Shown: in pieces, positions 54,265-63,618 of the stretch
Layout of the letters: the number at the start of each line of letters is the position of its first letter
How positions within the stretch are numbered: the stretch's first letter is position 1
Source: Oscillospiraceae bacterium
GTDB taxonomy: Bacteria; Bacillota; Clostridia; Oscillospirales; CAG-272
Reading direction: 5' to 3'
Assembly: GCA_015063695.1 (NCBI GenBank)
Contig: SVTQ01000001.1
Span: forward strand, 70,311 to 134,310
DNA: 64,000 nt
Notes under the pieces: model-generated
What the model was told of the DNA's origin: nothing
Seen by the model: only the letters and a program-made list of their open reading frames with translations
Database searches by the model: none
Made by a program: the position numbers and the translations under genes

Positions 54265-55092
54265 ATGAATTTTGATATAGCATTCGGTCAGTACTGCGAG
54301 GGGGCAAGCCCTCTTCACAAGCTTGACCCGAGAGCCAAAATAATAATGTCCCTCCTTTTCATCGTGGACATTTTTATGGCAAAAAGCGTGTGGGCATTTG
54401 CCCTGCTTGCCGCAGCAACGGCAGGGCTTGTGATAACGTCCCGGATACCTCTGAAGGTAATTCTCAGAGGTCTTCGCCCCGTCATTATAATTATGGTCTT
54501 CACGGCGGTGATAAATATCTTTTGGTACGCGGGAGAAACGCTCCTTGTGAGCTTCTGGGTGATAAACATTTACCTTGAAGGTATATACAATGCCTTTCTC
54601 ATAGTCCTCAGGGTCATCCTTCTTCTTATGGGCACCTGCGTTATCCTCACCTATACAACGACACCCCTTGCGCTGACAGACGGACTTGAACAGCTTCTGT
54701 CCCCTCTTGCAAAGCTTAAGGTGCCCGTCCATGAGTTCTCTCTCATGATGACCATAGCACTTCGTTTTATACCCACTCTTATTGAAGAAACAAACAAGAT
54801 AATGAACGCTCAGAAGGCGAGAGGCGCAGATTTCTCCGAGGGCTCTCTTATAAAACGCGCAAAGGCGCTTATTCCTATTTTGGTGCCCCTGTTTGCATCT
54901 GCCTTCAGACGTGCGGACGAGCTTGCGGTCGCCATGGAGTGCCGCTGTTACAGAGGCGGAGAGGGAAGAACGAGAATGAACGTGCTGAAGGCATCCGTCT
55001 CCGACGTTCTTTGGGTTCTTGTCCTTGTTTTACTTGGAGCGGCGGTAATTTTCATAAACAGAAACGCCACGGGCTTTGCAATAGGCTGGTAA
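54265..55092 (+). CDS. ecfT: ECF transporter transmembrane component EcfT
   Basis: CbiQ/EcfT pattern including LDPRAK and the coupling helices (..ALRFIP.., ..ARGA..). Confidence 0.88.
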   Translation: MNFDIAFGQYCEGASPLHKLDPRAKIIMSLLFIVDIFMAKSVWAFALLAAATAGLVITSRIPLKVILRGLRPVIIIMVFTAVINIFWYAGETLLVSFWVINIYLEGIYNAFLIVLRVILLLMGTCVILTYTTTPLALTDGLEQLLSPLAKLKVPVHEFSLMMTIALRFIPTLIEETNKIMNAQKARGADFSEGSLIKRAKALIPILVPLFASAFRRADELAVAMECRCYRGGEGRTRMNVLKASVSDVLWVLVLVLLGAAVIFINRNATGFAIGW

Positions 55093-55102
55093 GGAGAATT
55101 TT

Positions 55103-55879
55103 GTGAAGATACTTCTTAAGATAATGTATGACGGCAAAGGCTTTCACGGCTTTCAGGCTCAGCCGGGACTTCGTACAGTCCAAGGGGAGCTGACGGAAAA
55201 GCTGGCGAGGCTCTTCGGCGCGCCCGTTATGGTGACGGGGTGCAGCCGTACCGACAGCGGAGTTCATGCTCTCGGCTTCTGTGTGACCGCGGAAAGACAG
55301 GACAAAAAGGATATAACTCTGCCCGTCTCCAAAATAACCCATGCCGCGCCGGGAATACTTCCTCAGGATATAACTGTTGCGGCGGCGGCAGTGGTGGACG
55401 ATGAATTCCATCCCCGGTATTCCGTGGTTAAAAAGAAATACGTATATAAAATATGGGACAGTCATATAGTTCCTCCCTTTATGAGAGGGCACGTTCTTGA
55501 GTATAAAAAGCACATATCAGATGATGCGATCCTTTTGATGAAAGAGGCGGCAGAGCATTTCAAAGGGACCCACGATTTCACATCCTTTATGGCTCAGGGC
55601 TCAAAGATCGTGGATGCCACCCGTACCGTTTTTGAAACGGACGTGTACCGTGACAGTGAAGGATGCCTCTGCTTTTCAGTAAGCGCAGACGGATTTCTTT
55701 ACAACATGGTCAGAATAATGACGGGAACGCTTCTTTCTGTAGCTGAAGGAAAGGTCTCTCCTTCCGACATCCCGCGTATTATCGAAAACAGGGACAGAAA
55801 CGGTGCGGGAGAAACCGTTCCCCCTCAGGGGCTCTACCTTAAGGAAGTCACCTATCCCTTTCCCGTAAACTGGGAATAA
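55103..55879 (+). CDS. truA: tRNA pseudouridine(38-40) synthase TruA
   Basis: YDG..FHGFQ.Q, catalytic GCSRTDSGVHA, and FLYNMVR. GTG start. The position after ecfT is typical for Firmicutes. Confidence 0.9.
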   Translation: MKILLKIMYDGKGFHGFQAQPGLRTVQGELTEKLARLFGAPVMVTGCSRTDSGVHALGFCVTAERQDKKDITLPVSKITHAAPGILPQDITVAAAAVVDDEFHPRYSVVKKKYVYKIWDSHIVPPFMRGHVLEYKKHISDDAILLMKEAAEHFKGTHDFTSFMAQGSKIVDATRTVFETDVYRDSEGCLCFSVSADGFLYNMVRIMTGTLLSVAEGKVSPSDIPRIIENRDRNGAGETVPPQGLYLKEVTYPFPVNWE

Positions 55880-55966
55880 CAGGTGCGAAAAGTATTAAAG
55901 CCGCACGTTCTTTACGTGAGGAGCCGCGGCATTTACCCGTTACTTTAAATAAAAGGCGGTGATAAA

Positions 55967-57313
55967 ATGAAAAACGGCACAAAGGCCGAAAATGAAAAAA
56001 GAACCTCTTCTCCTTCGGGAGGAGCTGAGAAGATAAGAATAGACAGAGAAAAACGGACACACAATGCTTATTATCTCAGAGTGTCAAAGGGATATAAGGC
56101 GGCGAAATTTTTTGCTCTTGCCCTTTTTGTGGGATATCTTATCGTAATGATGTGTATGTACCGTTCCTCAATTACATATGATAATCTTATGTATCTCATA
56201 AGAGATTTTGAAACGGACGTTGACGTGTCCTCTCAGGGGTTTGAAAACGTAAATTACAGTGAGAGTGAAAAAATGAGCTTCGCCGTGTACAAGGACCGCC
56301 TTGCGCTGGCAACGGGCACAGAGTTTACACTCTATAATACCACGGGCTCCGTGGAGCTTGAATACGACCATTCAATGGAAAACCCCAAGATCGAAACGGG
56401 AGAAAAGTATGCTCTCGTTTACGATATCGGCGGAACCTCCTATTCTATATACAACACGATCGCGAGAGTAAGCACAAAACGCACGGACTTTGCCATTCAG
56501 GGCGCGGATATCAGCGAGAGCGGTGCGCTTGCCATGATCACCCGTTCCAAGGAAAACAGGTACGTTGTAAGCCTTTATGACGACTCTTTCCGCGAGCTTC
56601 TCAGAGTGTATAAGGATAAATACGTAACGGACGTTGGAATGTCTGCAGACGGAAAGAAGTACGCCCTTGTTTCCTGTAACGTTTCAGGGTCGGATTTTAT
56701 AACCGAGGTCGTTTCGGGGTCTGTTTATTCCGATGCTTCCGCGTCATTTGAAGTGCCCGGACTTCTTCCTCTTTCGGTAGACTTTTTTGACTGCGGAGAT
56801 TTCGTTGCGGTCTGTGACGGCGCGGCGGTATTTGTGAATGCCGAGGGTGAGCTTAAAACCAAATATGACTTTTCGGACATGAGACTTACGAGTGCTTACG
56901 TAGAGGGAGACAGACTTCTTCTGACGGGAAGCGGGAACATCGTGGGAAGTGCATCCGTGGCCATTGTTCTTGACAAGGACGGAGCGGTAATTGACCGATT
57001 TACCTATGACGGAAAAATAACGAGCGGAGTTCTCTCCGAAAACTTCGTATTCTGCCTTGCGGGAGAAGAGATAATAAAACGCGGAGCGGACGGTGCCATG
57101 ACCGTTGAAAGGTGCCCCGCATATGTAAAGACTATCGTGCCCTGCTTTGATAACGTTGCCCTCTGCAGCGGAACAACGGTGACAATGGGCTTTGAGCCCG
57201 AAAAGAATGATCCTCTCACGGGAGCTGCCGCAGAAGATACGGCAGAGGATACCGAAAAGGATACCGCGGAAGCCGAAGAGACCCTTGACGTTGAAATGGA
57301 CGTGCTCGATTAA
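55967..57313 (+). CDS. Membrane-anchored hypothetical protein (DUF5711-like, tentative)
   Basis: Basic N-terminus, one TM segment (FFALALFVGYLIVMMCM), a ~330-aa beta-rich region, and an acidic tail. Confidence 0.5.
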   Translation: MKNGTKAENEKRTSSPSGGAEKIRIDREKRTHNAYYLRVSKGYKAAKFFALALFVGYLIVMMCMYRSSITYDNLMYLIRDFETDVDVSSQGFENVNYSESEKMSFAVYKDRLALATGTEFTLYNTTGSVELEYDHSMENPKIETGEKYALVYDIGGTSYSIYNTIARVSTKRTDFAIQGADISESGALAMITRSKENRYVVSLYDDSFRELLRVYKDKYVTDVGMSADGKKYALVSCNVSGSDFITEVVSGSVYSDASASFEVPGLLPLSVDFFDCGDFVAVCDGAAVFVNAEGELKTKYDFSDMRLTSAYVEGDRLLLTGSGNIVGSASVAIVLDKDGAVIDRFTYDGKITSGVLSENFVFCLAGEEIIKRGADGAMTVERCPAYVKTIVPCFDNVALCSGTTVTMGFEPEKNDPLTGAAAEDTAEDTEKDTAEAEETLDVEMDVLD

Positions 57314-57352
57314 CTTTATAATTTTTAAGTAAATTTTAGCGGAGAAGACATA

Positions 57353-58078
57353 ATGAGTATAGTAATTGATATTCTGCTTATCGCAGTTGCCGCGGCGGCA
57401 GTTGTTGCAGGCTATAAAAGCGGACTTGTTAAAACAGTTCTTTCATTTGCCAGAAGCATTGTGGCGGCAATAGTTGCCTATGCCTTCACACCTTATTTGT
57501 CCCCTGTCTTTTACAACAGCTTCATTCTGAAAAAGATAGCCGACGGTATTGAAAAAACGATAGACTCTCTTGCCAAAAGCGGAGATGGCTATGATTTCGT
57601 AAAGTTCCTTGAGGACGGCCCCAAGGTGCTCTCTCAGATGCTTGAAAAGTACGGAGTGACAAACGAAGCTCTCGGCGCTCACGTTGAAGGAATGAGCGAA
57701 ACGGGAGAGGGAGCCGTCAGAAACGTAGCGGAGTTTATTTCAACTCCCGTTGCAACGGTTATTTCAAATGCCCTTGCTTTTATCATTATCTTTGCGGCGG
57801 CATTTATCGTGCTTCTTCTTGTAAGTAAGCTTATTGAAGTTGTTTTCAAAGCGCCCGTTCTCAAAACTGCCGACAAGCTGGGCGGTCTTGCTCTGGGCGC
57901 AGTAAACGCCCTTGTCCTTCTCTGGATAATCAGTATGGTAGTCTCTCACGGCGTTACGGCGCTGGGCGCTCTTGCTCCCGATTGGTTCGGCGAGAGCGTT
58001 GTTGAAGGCTCCATTCTTCTTCAGTTCTTCTCGAAGATAAATCCCCTTCAGCTTCTTAAAGACGTGATGGGAGCTTAA
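57353..58078 (+). CDS. cvpA: CvpA-family membrane protein
   Basis: N-terminus IVIDILLIAVAAAAVVAGYKSGLVK and a 4-TM layout typical of the colicin V production protein family. Confidence 0.7.
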   Translation: MSIVIDILLIAVAAAAVVAGYKSGLVKTVLSFARSIVAAIVAYAFTPYLSPVFYNSFILKKIADGIEKTIDSLAKSGDGYDFVKFLEDGPKVLSQMLEKYGVTNEALGAHVEGMSETGEGAVRNVAEFISTPVATVISNALAFIIIFAAAFIVLLLVSKLIEVVFKAPVLKTADKLGGLALGAVNALVLLWIISMVVSHGVTALGALAPDWFGESVVEGSILLQFFSKINPLQLLKDVMGA

Positions 58079-58141
58079 CGGACCTTGACGGTCCCTTTGG
58101 GCGCTTTGCCCCTTAACCCTTAGGAAAAGGAGAAAAACAGT

Positions 58142-60445
58142 ATGAATATGACAATGTGTTCAAGATGCCATAAAAGAGTGGCAGTAGTATTTATGACCAA
58201 GATAGAAAACGGCGAGACCAAGCAGGAGGGCATCTGCCTCAAGTGTGCCCGTGAGCTTGGAATTAAACCCGTTAACGATATAATAAGTAAAATGGGTCTG
58301 TCCGATGAGGATATCGAAAAAATGAACTCCGATATAGAGAATTTCATATCGGACAACGGCGAAGGTATGCTCAGTCAGATAATGGGTGACGACCTTCCCG
58401 ATGAATTTGAGGACGACGAGACTGATGCCCGCGCCCCCGCCATGGACTTTTCAAAGCTTGTGGAAAGAGCAAATAAAGAAAAAGCAGATGAAGAAAAGAA
58501 AAAGGGCAAAAAGAAAAAGGAAACAAAGTTCCTCACAACTTATTGTACCAACATGACCGAACGTGCCGCCATGGGTAAAATGGACAACGTTGTGGGCCGT
58601 GACCGCGAGCTTGCACGCGTAATTCAGATCCTCTGCCGCAGACAGAAGAACAACCCCTGTCTTATAGGTGAGCCCGGTGTCGGTAAGACGGCGATAGCAG
58701 AGGCTCTTGCTCAGAAGATAGTAAAGGGCGAGGTTCCCTATGCCCTCAAGAATAAAGAAGTTTACCTTGTTGACCTCACAGCTCTCGTTGCGGGAACTCA
58801 GTTCAGAGGTCAGTTTGAAAGCCGCGTGCTGGGTCTTCTCGGCGAAGTCAAGGCGCTCGGTAACGTAATTCTCGTGATCGACGAGGTCCACAATATCGTC
58901 GGCGCAGGGGATGCAGAGGGAAGCATGAACGCGGCGAATATTCTCAAGCCCGCTCTCTCCCGCGGTGAGATTCAGGTCATCGGCGCAACTACCCTTACCG
59001 AGTACAGAAAGTATATCGAAAAGGATACCGCCCTTGAAAGACGCTTCCAGCCTGTAACCGTTGACGAGCCAAGCATGGATGACACGGAAAAGATACTCCG
59101 CGGAATAAAGCATTATTATGAGGAGTACCATTCCATAACTATTCCTGCAACCGTTCTTTCCTATGCCGTTTCTCTCAGCGAAAGATATATCACCGACAGA
59201 TACCTTCCCGATAAGGCTATCGACCTTATTGACGAGGCGGCGTCCCACATCTCTCTCTCCTCCGCCGAGATAAACGAAAAGCGCGAGTGCATGGATACCA
59301 TAAAGGTCCTTGAAAACGAGAGGGGCAGACTTGAGGCCGAAGCTGAAAAGGGCGAAAATACCGAAGATATATACAGAAGACTTGCCGAGGTCAAGAGTGA
59401 GACCCTTTCCCTTCAGGCAAAGGTAGAAGAGCTTACTCCCCTTTGCGAAAAGGTAGAAATGAAGGTCTCCGACCTTGCGGACGTTATTGAAATATGGACG
59501 GGAATTCCCGCCTCCTCCATCAACGAGGACGAATTCTCCCGTCTCGAAGGACTTTCCGACAGAATAAAGCGCCGCATCGTAGGTCAGGACAAGGCAGTCG
59601 ATGCGGTCGTCAGAGCCGTAAAGCGCGGCAGAACCGGAATTTCACCCAAGAGAAAGCCCGTGTCCTTCATCTTTGCAGGCCCCACTGGAGTGGGTAAGAC
59701 CGAGCTTGTAAAGGTGCTTGCAGAGGACCTCTTCTCCTCTCCCGAAACACTTATAAGACTTGACATGAGTGAATTTATGGATAAGTTCTCAGTGTCCAGA
59801 ATTATAGGTGCGCCTCCCGGATACGTGGGCTATGACGATGCAGGTCAGCTCACCGAGAAGATAAGAAGAAAGCCCTATTCCGTAGTCCTCTTTGACGAAA
59901 TAGAAAAAGCTCATCCCGACGTTATGAATATCCTGCTTCAGATACTTGACGACGGCAGAATTACCGATGCCCACGGCAAGCAGGTAAGCTTTGAAAATAC
60001 AGTTATCGTAATGACCACAAACGCAGGCTCCATGGACGGCTCCCTTCTTTCGGGCTTCACAGATGCTCCCGAGCTCATGTCCGAGGAAAAGACCCATAAG
60101 GCACTCTCCACCTTCCTTCGTCCCGAGTTCATCAACAGAGTTGACGAGGTCATCACCTTCAGAAGCCTTGCGGAAGAAGACTTTGCCCGTATTGCGCGCA
60201 TCATGATATCCGACCTTGAAAAGGTAATGGCGGAAAAGGAGATCACCCTTACGGTCTCCGAGGCGGCAATCGACTATATCGCGAAAAAATCCTTCTCCGT
60301 CAAGTACGGTGCGAGAAATATGCGCAGATTTATCGAGACCGAGGTTCAGGACAGAATTGCCGAGGAGATCATCAGAAATCGCGGCAAACTCACCTCCGTC
60401 AGCATAGATGCAGACGAGACGGGAATAACAGCTGTTTCAGTTTGA
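58142..60445 (+). CDS. clpE: Clp ATPase of the ClpE type (N-terminal zinc ribbon, two AAA+ modules)
   Basis: N-terminal CSRCH...CLKC replaces the Clp_N repeat, as in Firmicute ClpE. D1 GEPGVGKTA, D2 GPTGVGKTE, and a short coiled-coil middle domain. The putative ClpP loop reads LSGF. Confidence 0.8.
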   Translation: MNMTMCSRCHKRVAVVFMTKIENGETKQEGICLKCARELGIKPVNDIISKMGLSDEDIEKMNSDIENFISDNGEGMLSQIMGDDLPDEFEDDETDARAPAMDFSKLVERANKEKADEEKKKGKKKKETKFLTTYCTNMTERAAMGKMDNVVGRDRELARVIQILCRRQKNNPCLIGEPGVGKTAIAEALAQKIVKGEVPYALKNKEVYLVDLTALVAGTQFRGQFESRVLGLLGEVKALGNVILVIDEVHNIVGAGDAEGSMNAANILKPALSRGEIQVIGATTLTEYRKYIEKDTALERRFQPVTVDEPSMDDTEKILRGIKHYYEEYHSITIPATVLSYAVSLSERYITDRYLPDKAIDLIDEAASHISLSSAEINEKRECMDTIKVLENERGRLEAEAEKGENTEDIYRRLAEVKSETLSLQAKVEELTPLCEKVEMKVSDLADVIEIWTGIPASSINEDEFSRLEGLSDRIKRRIVGQDKAVDAVVRAVKRGRTGISPKRKPVSFIFAGPTGVGKTELVKVLAEDLFSSPETLIRLDMSEFMDKFSVSRIIGAPPGYVGYDDAGQLTEKIRRKPYSVVLFDEIEKAHPDVMNILLQILDDGRITDAHGKQVSFENTVIVMTTNAGSMDGSLLSGFTDAPELMSEEKTHKALSTFLRPEFINRVDEVITFRSLAEEDFARIARIMISDLEKVMAEKEITLTVSEAAIDYIAKKSFSVKYGARNMRRFIETEVQDRIAEEIIRNRGKLTSVSIDADETGITAVSV

Positions 60446-60743
60446 TAGAAGAACAAAAATTTTTCGTAACTCCTCATCCACCGCTCAAGGTTTTGAGCGG
60501 TCCCCCTTCTCCCGCAGGAGAAGGCTGTTGCGGCAAACTCACCTCCGTCAGCATAGATGCAGACGAGACGGGAATAACAGCTGTTTCAGTTTGATAGAAG
60601 AACAAAGATTTTTCGTAACTCCTCATCCACCGCTCAAGGTTTTGAGCGGTCCCCCTTCTCCCGCAGGAGAAGGCTGTTGCGGCAAACTTACTTCTGTCAG
60701 CATAGATGCAAACGAGAACGGAATTATTGCAGCTTCAATATAA
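60381..60743 (+). repeat. 149-bp tandem repeat (2 near-identical copies plus a diverged 65-bp third copy) spanning the clpE 3' end
   Basis: Copies start at 60381, 60530 and 60679. Copies 1 and 2 differ at 1 nt. Each begins with the last ~21 codons plus the stop codon of clpE, and copies 1-2 end with an 84-bp double-hairpin segment. Confidence 0.9.
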
Positions 60744-60796
60744 CGTTTTGATGTCCCCGGGAGGGGAACATTTAAAAAATAATGCAGGAGGCATAT

Positions 60797-63532
60797 ATGA
60801 AGATAGATACCAACTGGCATTCCTGGAGCGAGGAGCTTTTGTGTCAGACCCTTAAGACCGACACGGCAAGAGGGCTTTCACGTAAAGCGGCATCGCGCCG
60901 TATGGCAAAAAACGGCCCCAACAGAATATGGTCGGTGAAAAGAGCATCCGTTTCGGAATTTGCCGTTCAGATGCTCCTTGACCTTGCAACCATTCTTCTC
61001 GTTATCTTTGCGGTAATTGCGGCTATCTTTGACAGAACGGGGGAGACCCTTGCTATCTGCGCCGTAGTTGTTGCAGGCGGTGCGCTTCGAATATTCACCT
61101 ATATCAGAGCCCGCCGTATCTTTGAAGAAAAAGCCCGAGGAGTAATCCCCCGAATAAGGGTGATCCGCGACGGTGAGTCAAAAATTATGACCGCCGAAAA
61201 TCTTGTTGAGGGCGACGTTATTTTCCTCGAGGCAGGAGACACCGTACCAGCCGATGCAAGAATAACCCACAGCCGTGACCTTCTTGTGTATGAAAATAAG
61301 ATGACCGAAAATAAGAGCGTCGTGCTTAAAAATCCCGCGGTCATAAACGAGGACGGATTTGGCGAAGTTCCCATCGAAAAAAGAGATAATATGCTCTATG
61401 CGGGAAGCACCGTTGTTTCGGGCGAAGCGAGAGCTATCGTCGTGGCAACGGGTAAAAATACCCTTGCATGCTCGAAGTTCGGAACGCTTATCATCCCATC
61501 GGGCGAAAAGATAAGAATAATCGAAAAACTGACCCATTGGTGCAGATTCGGAAGTCTCTCCATGATAGTTGCGGTCGCGGTCATAACAGTTGCCGCAGTG
61601 CTTATCAAGAACGTATCCGTTGTTGATATATTCCTCTCAACTCTCGGTCTTGCGGTCGCTTCCATGAGCGAATTTTTCACCGTCCTCGGATATATCGTTA
61701 TCGCTATCTCCGTAAAGAAAGCGGACAGCGAAGAGGCAGGCCGCGCCAAGATAAAGGATGCGGCATCCGTTGAAGTCATGAACGAAACGGATACCATAGT
61801 CCTCGAAAGCCCCGAAATGATAAAGGCGGGGGATATCACCCTCACATCTTATTTCCAAAGTGACCGCATAGTAAACGTGGACGAGCCTGTTGAAGGCTAT
61901 TCTCCCGCGGAGATACTGAGACTTGCTTACCTTACCACGGGAACTCTCCCTCAGGGCTCCGTTACGGCAGGACGTCTTGAGGCGGAGCGCGAGAGTATAT
62001 CGGTGGACTATTCGGGAATACATAAAGTATATGAAGAGTATTTCCGCTTTACGGGTGAGAGCAGAATAATTGAAAACGTTATCATTGCAGGACACGAGCC
62101 TGCGGGCAGCCTTGAATCGGGCGGACTTGATACCACGCTTATTTGTAAAAACGGTAATTTTGAAGCGGCGGTAAGCGGCCCCGTAAACGAGGTTCTCACC
62201 TGTTGTTCCCATATAAGAAAAAACGGCAAGGTGTACCCCATCACCCGTGAGGACGTGGCAAAGATAGTCTCCGAGTCCGAAAAGCTCCGCAAACGCGGCG
62301 TGTTCACCGTGGGCGTTTCCTCGAGAAATTCGCCCTACAGTAATATGAACAGAGTGTCTGCTCTTCAGATGTGTATGGTCTTTGAGGGCTTCCTGTCCCT
62401 TTCCGACCGTGTTCACGGCGATGCCCTTGACGTTATAAGAAAATGCCGCGAGGGTGATACAGCCATAGTATGCTTCTCCGAAGGCTCGCCCGAGGACAGG
62501 GCATTCCTTGAATCCGTGGGAATTCTCGGTGAAAACGACAGATATATCACCCTTGAAGAAGCGGTGAGTTCTGAAAAAATAACCCTTGAAAAGGGACAGT
62601 TTGCTGTTATCGCAACGGGTGTTGCAGGCGCACATAAGTGCCGCCGCGAATTCCTTAAAAAGCTGAAGGACGGCGGCTCGAAGCTTGCCTATGTCAGCAA
62701 GGAGCCCCGTGATATGTGGGCGATGAAGGAGGCGGACGTTTCCTTCGCAGTGCCCGAGGCGGCAACGGTCAAAAAGACCATTCCTCAGTCCATAAGAGCG
62801 GCGGCTCACGTAGTCGTAACTCCGTCGGGTAACGGCGGCGGTGTGTTCGAAGCCTTCCGTGTTCTTGAGTTTGCCAAGAGCGCAATGCTTAACCTACGCA
62901 GATGCGCCGATTACCTCATAGCCTCTCAGGTGGCAAGACTTCTTTACGTAATAGTATCCGCCCTTGCTCCCTTTGCGGTGGCGGACCCCGTCCACCTTCT
63001 GTTCTGGGGACTTATCGTTGACTTCGGAATAGTTATCGTGACCGCGTTCAGAGATCCGCCGTGGAATATGATAAGTGTGGGAGAAGAGAAGAGAAAGCTC
63101 CACAGCACTCCCCATGAATTTGCTTATCCCGTGGCGGTAGGCTTTATCTGGGCGGCTCTGCTTCTCTGTATGCCGACAGTGTTCCTCTCTCTCGGAAACG
63201 CTTTCGGCCGAGAGACAACGGGCGCGCTTCTTTCAAATGTCATCTTCGTGTCAGCAATGCTCTCCGCACCCATTGTTGGAACTGAGCTTATGACAAACGG
63301 AAGCATCTTCAAGAAGTCGAAGCGTCGCAGTAACGCGATACCCCTTATGCACATCGGAATGCTTGTTCTTTCCGTTCTTCTCGCCTTCCGCGAAGGCTTT
63401 TCATCGGTAACGGGAGTTGAAACTCTCGGAGGCCCCACCTATTTCGTTTGCTTTATCCCCGCTCTTGTTATGCTGGCAGTGTTTGAGATAAGAAAGCTAC
63501 TTAAACTGAGAGCACCGAAGGAAACAAAATAA
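60797..63532 (+). CDS. P-type (type II-like) cation ATPase homologue with degenerate catalytic motifs
   Basis: Cation_ATPase_N-like start (GLSRKAASRRMAKNGPNRI), AGDTVPADARI retained, and ~10 TM segments. TGES is replaced by TENK, DKTGT by ESPEM, and TGDGVND by VSKEPRD. Start at ATG 60797 (AGGAGG, 5-nt spacer). Confidence 0.8.
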   Translation: MKIDTNWHSWSEELLCQTLKTDTARGLSRKAASRRMAKNGPNRIWSVKRASVSEFAVQMLLDLATILLVIFAVIAAIFDRTGETLAICAVVVAGGALRIFTYIRARRIFEEKARGVIPRIRVIRDGESKIMTAENLVEGDVIFLEAGDTVPADARITHSRDLLVYENKMTENKSVVLKNPAVINEDGFGEVPIEKRDNMLYAGSTVVSGEARAIVVATGKNTLACSKFGTLIIPSGEKIRIIEKLTHWCRFGSLSMIVAVAVITVAAVLIKNVSVVDIFLSTLGLAVASMSEFFTVLGYIVIAISVKKADSEEAGRAKIKDAASVEVMNETDTIVLESPEMIKAGDITLTSYFQSDRIVNVDEPVEGYSPAEILRLAYLTTGTLPQGSVTAGRLEAERESISVDYSGIHKVYEEYFRFTGESRIIENVIIAGHEPAGSLESGGLDTTLICKNGNFEAAVSGPVNEVLTCCSHIRKNGKVYPITREDVAKIVSESEKLRKRGVFTVGVSSRNSPYSNMNRVSALQMCMVFEGFLSLSDRVHGDALDVIRKCREGDTAIVCFSEGSPEDRAFLESVGILGENDRYITLEEAVSSEKITLEKGQFAVIATGVAGAHKCRREFLKKLKDGGSKLAYVSKEPRDMWAMKEADVSFAVPEAATVKKTIPQSIRAAAHVVVTPSGNGGGVFEAFRVLEFAKSAMLNLRRCADYLIASQVARLLYVIVSALAPFAVADPVHLLFWGLIVDFGIVIVTAFRDPPWNMISVGEEKRKLHSTPHEFAYPVAVGFIWAALLLCMPTVFLSLGNAFGRETTGALLSNVIFVSAMLSAPIVGTELMTNGSIFKKSKRRSNAIPLMHIGMLVLSVLLAFREGFSSVTGVETLGGPTYFVCFIPALVMLAVFEIRKLLKLRAPKETK

Positions 63533-63618
63533 AAAGTTTATCATTCAAGATATCGGGACCTCCCGATATCCGATAATATAATTACATTAACCCGCAGGAT
63601 GCGGAAAGGAGATAAAAA

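Noticed and set aside
58142-58260. The N-terminal CxxC...CxxC zinc ribbon on a two-ring Clp ATPase, considered as a novel ClpX-ClpC chimera.
   Set aside because: This is the defining architecture of ClpE in Firmicutes (the zinc finger replaces the Clp_N domain), so it is not novel.
60528-60743. A 71-aa ORF downstream of clpE.
   Set aside because: It is composed entirely of units 2 and 3 of the 149-bp tandem repeat, read partly out of the clpE frame. It has no RBS. It is explained by the duplication.
61031-61048. DRTGET in the ATPase homologue, considered as a displaced DKTGT phosphorylation motif.
   Set aside because: It lies in the TM1-TM2 region (about residue 80), not in the P-domain after M4, so it is a chance resemblance. 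The position that aligns with DKTGT reads ESPEM.
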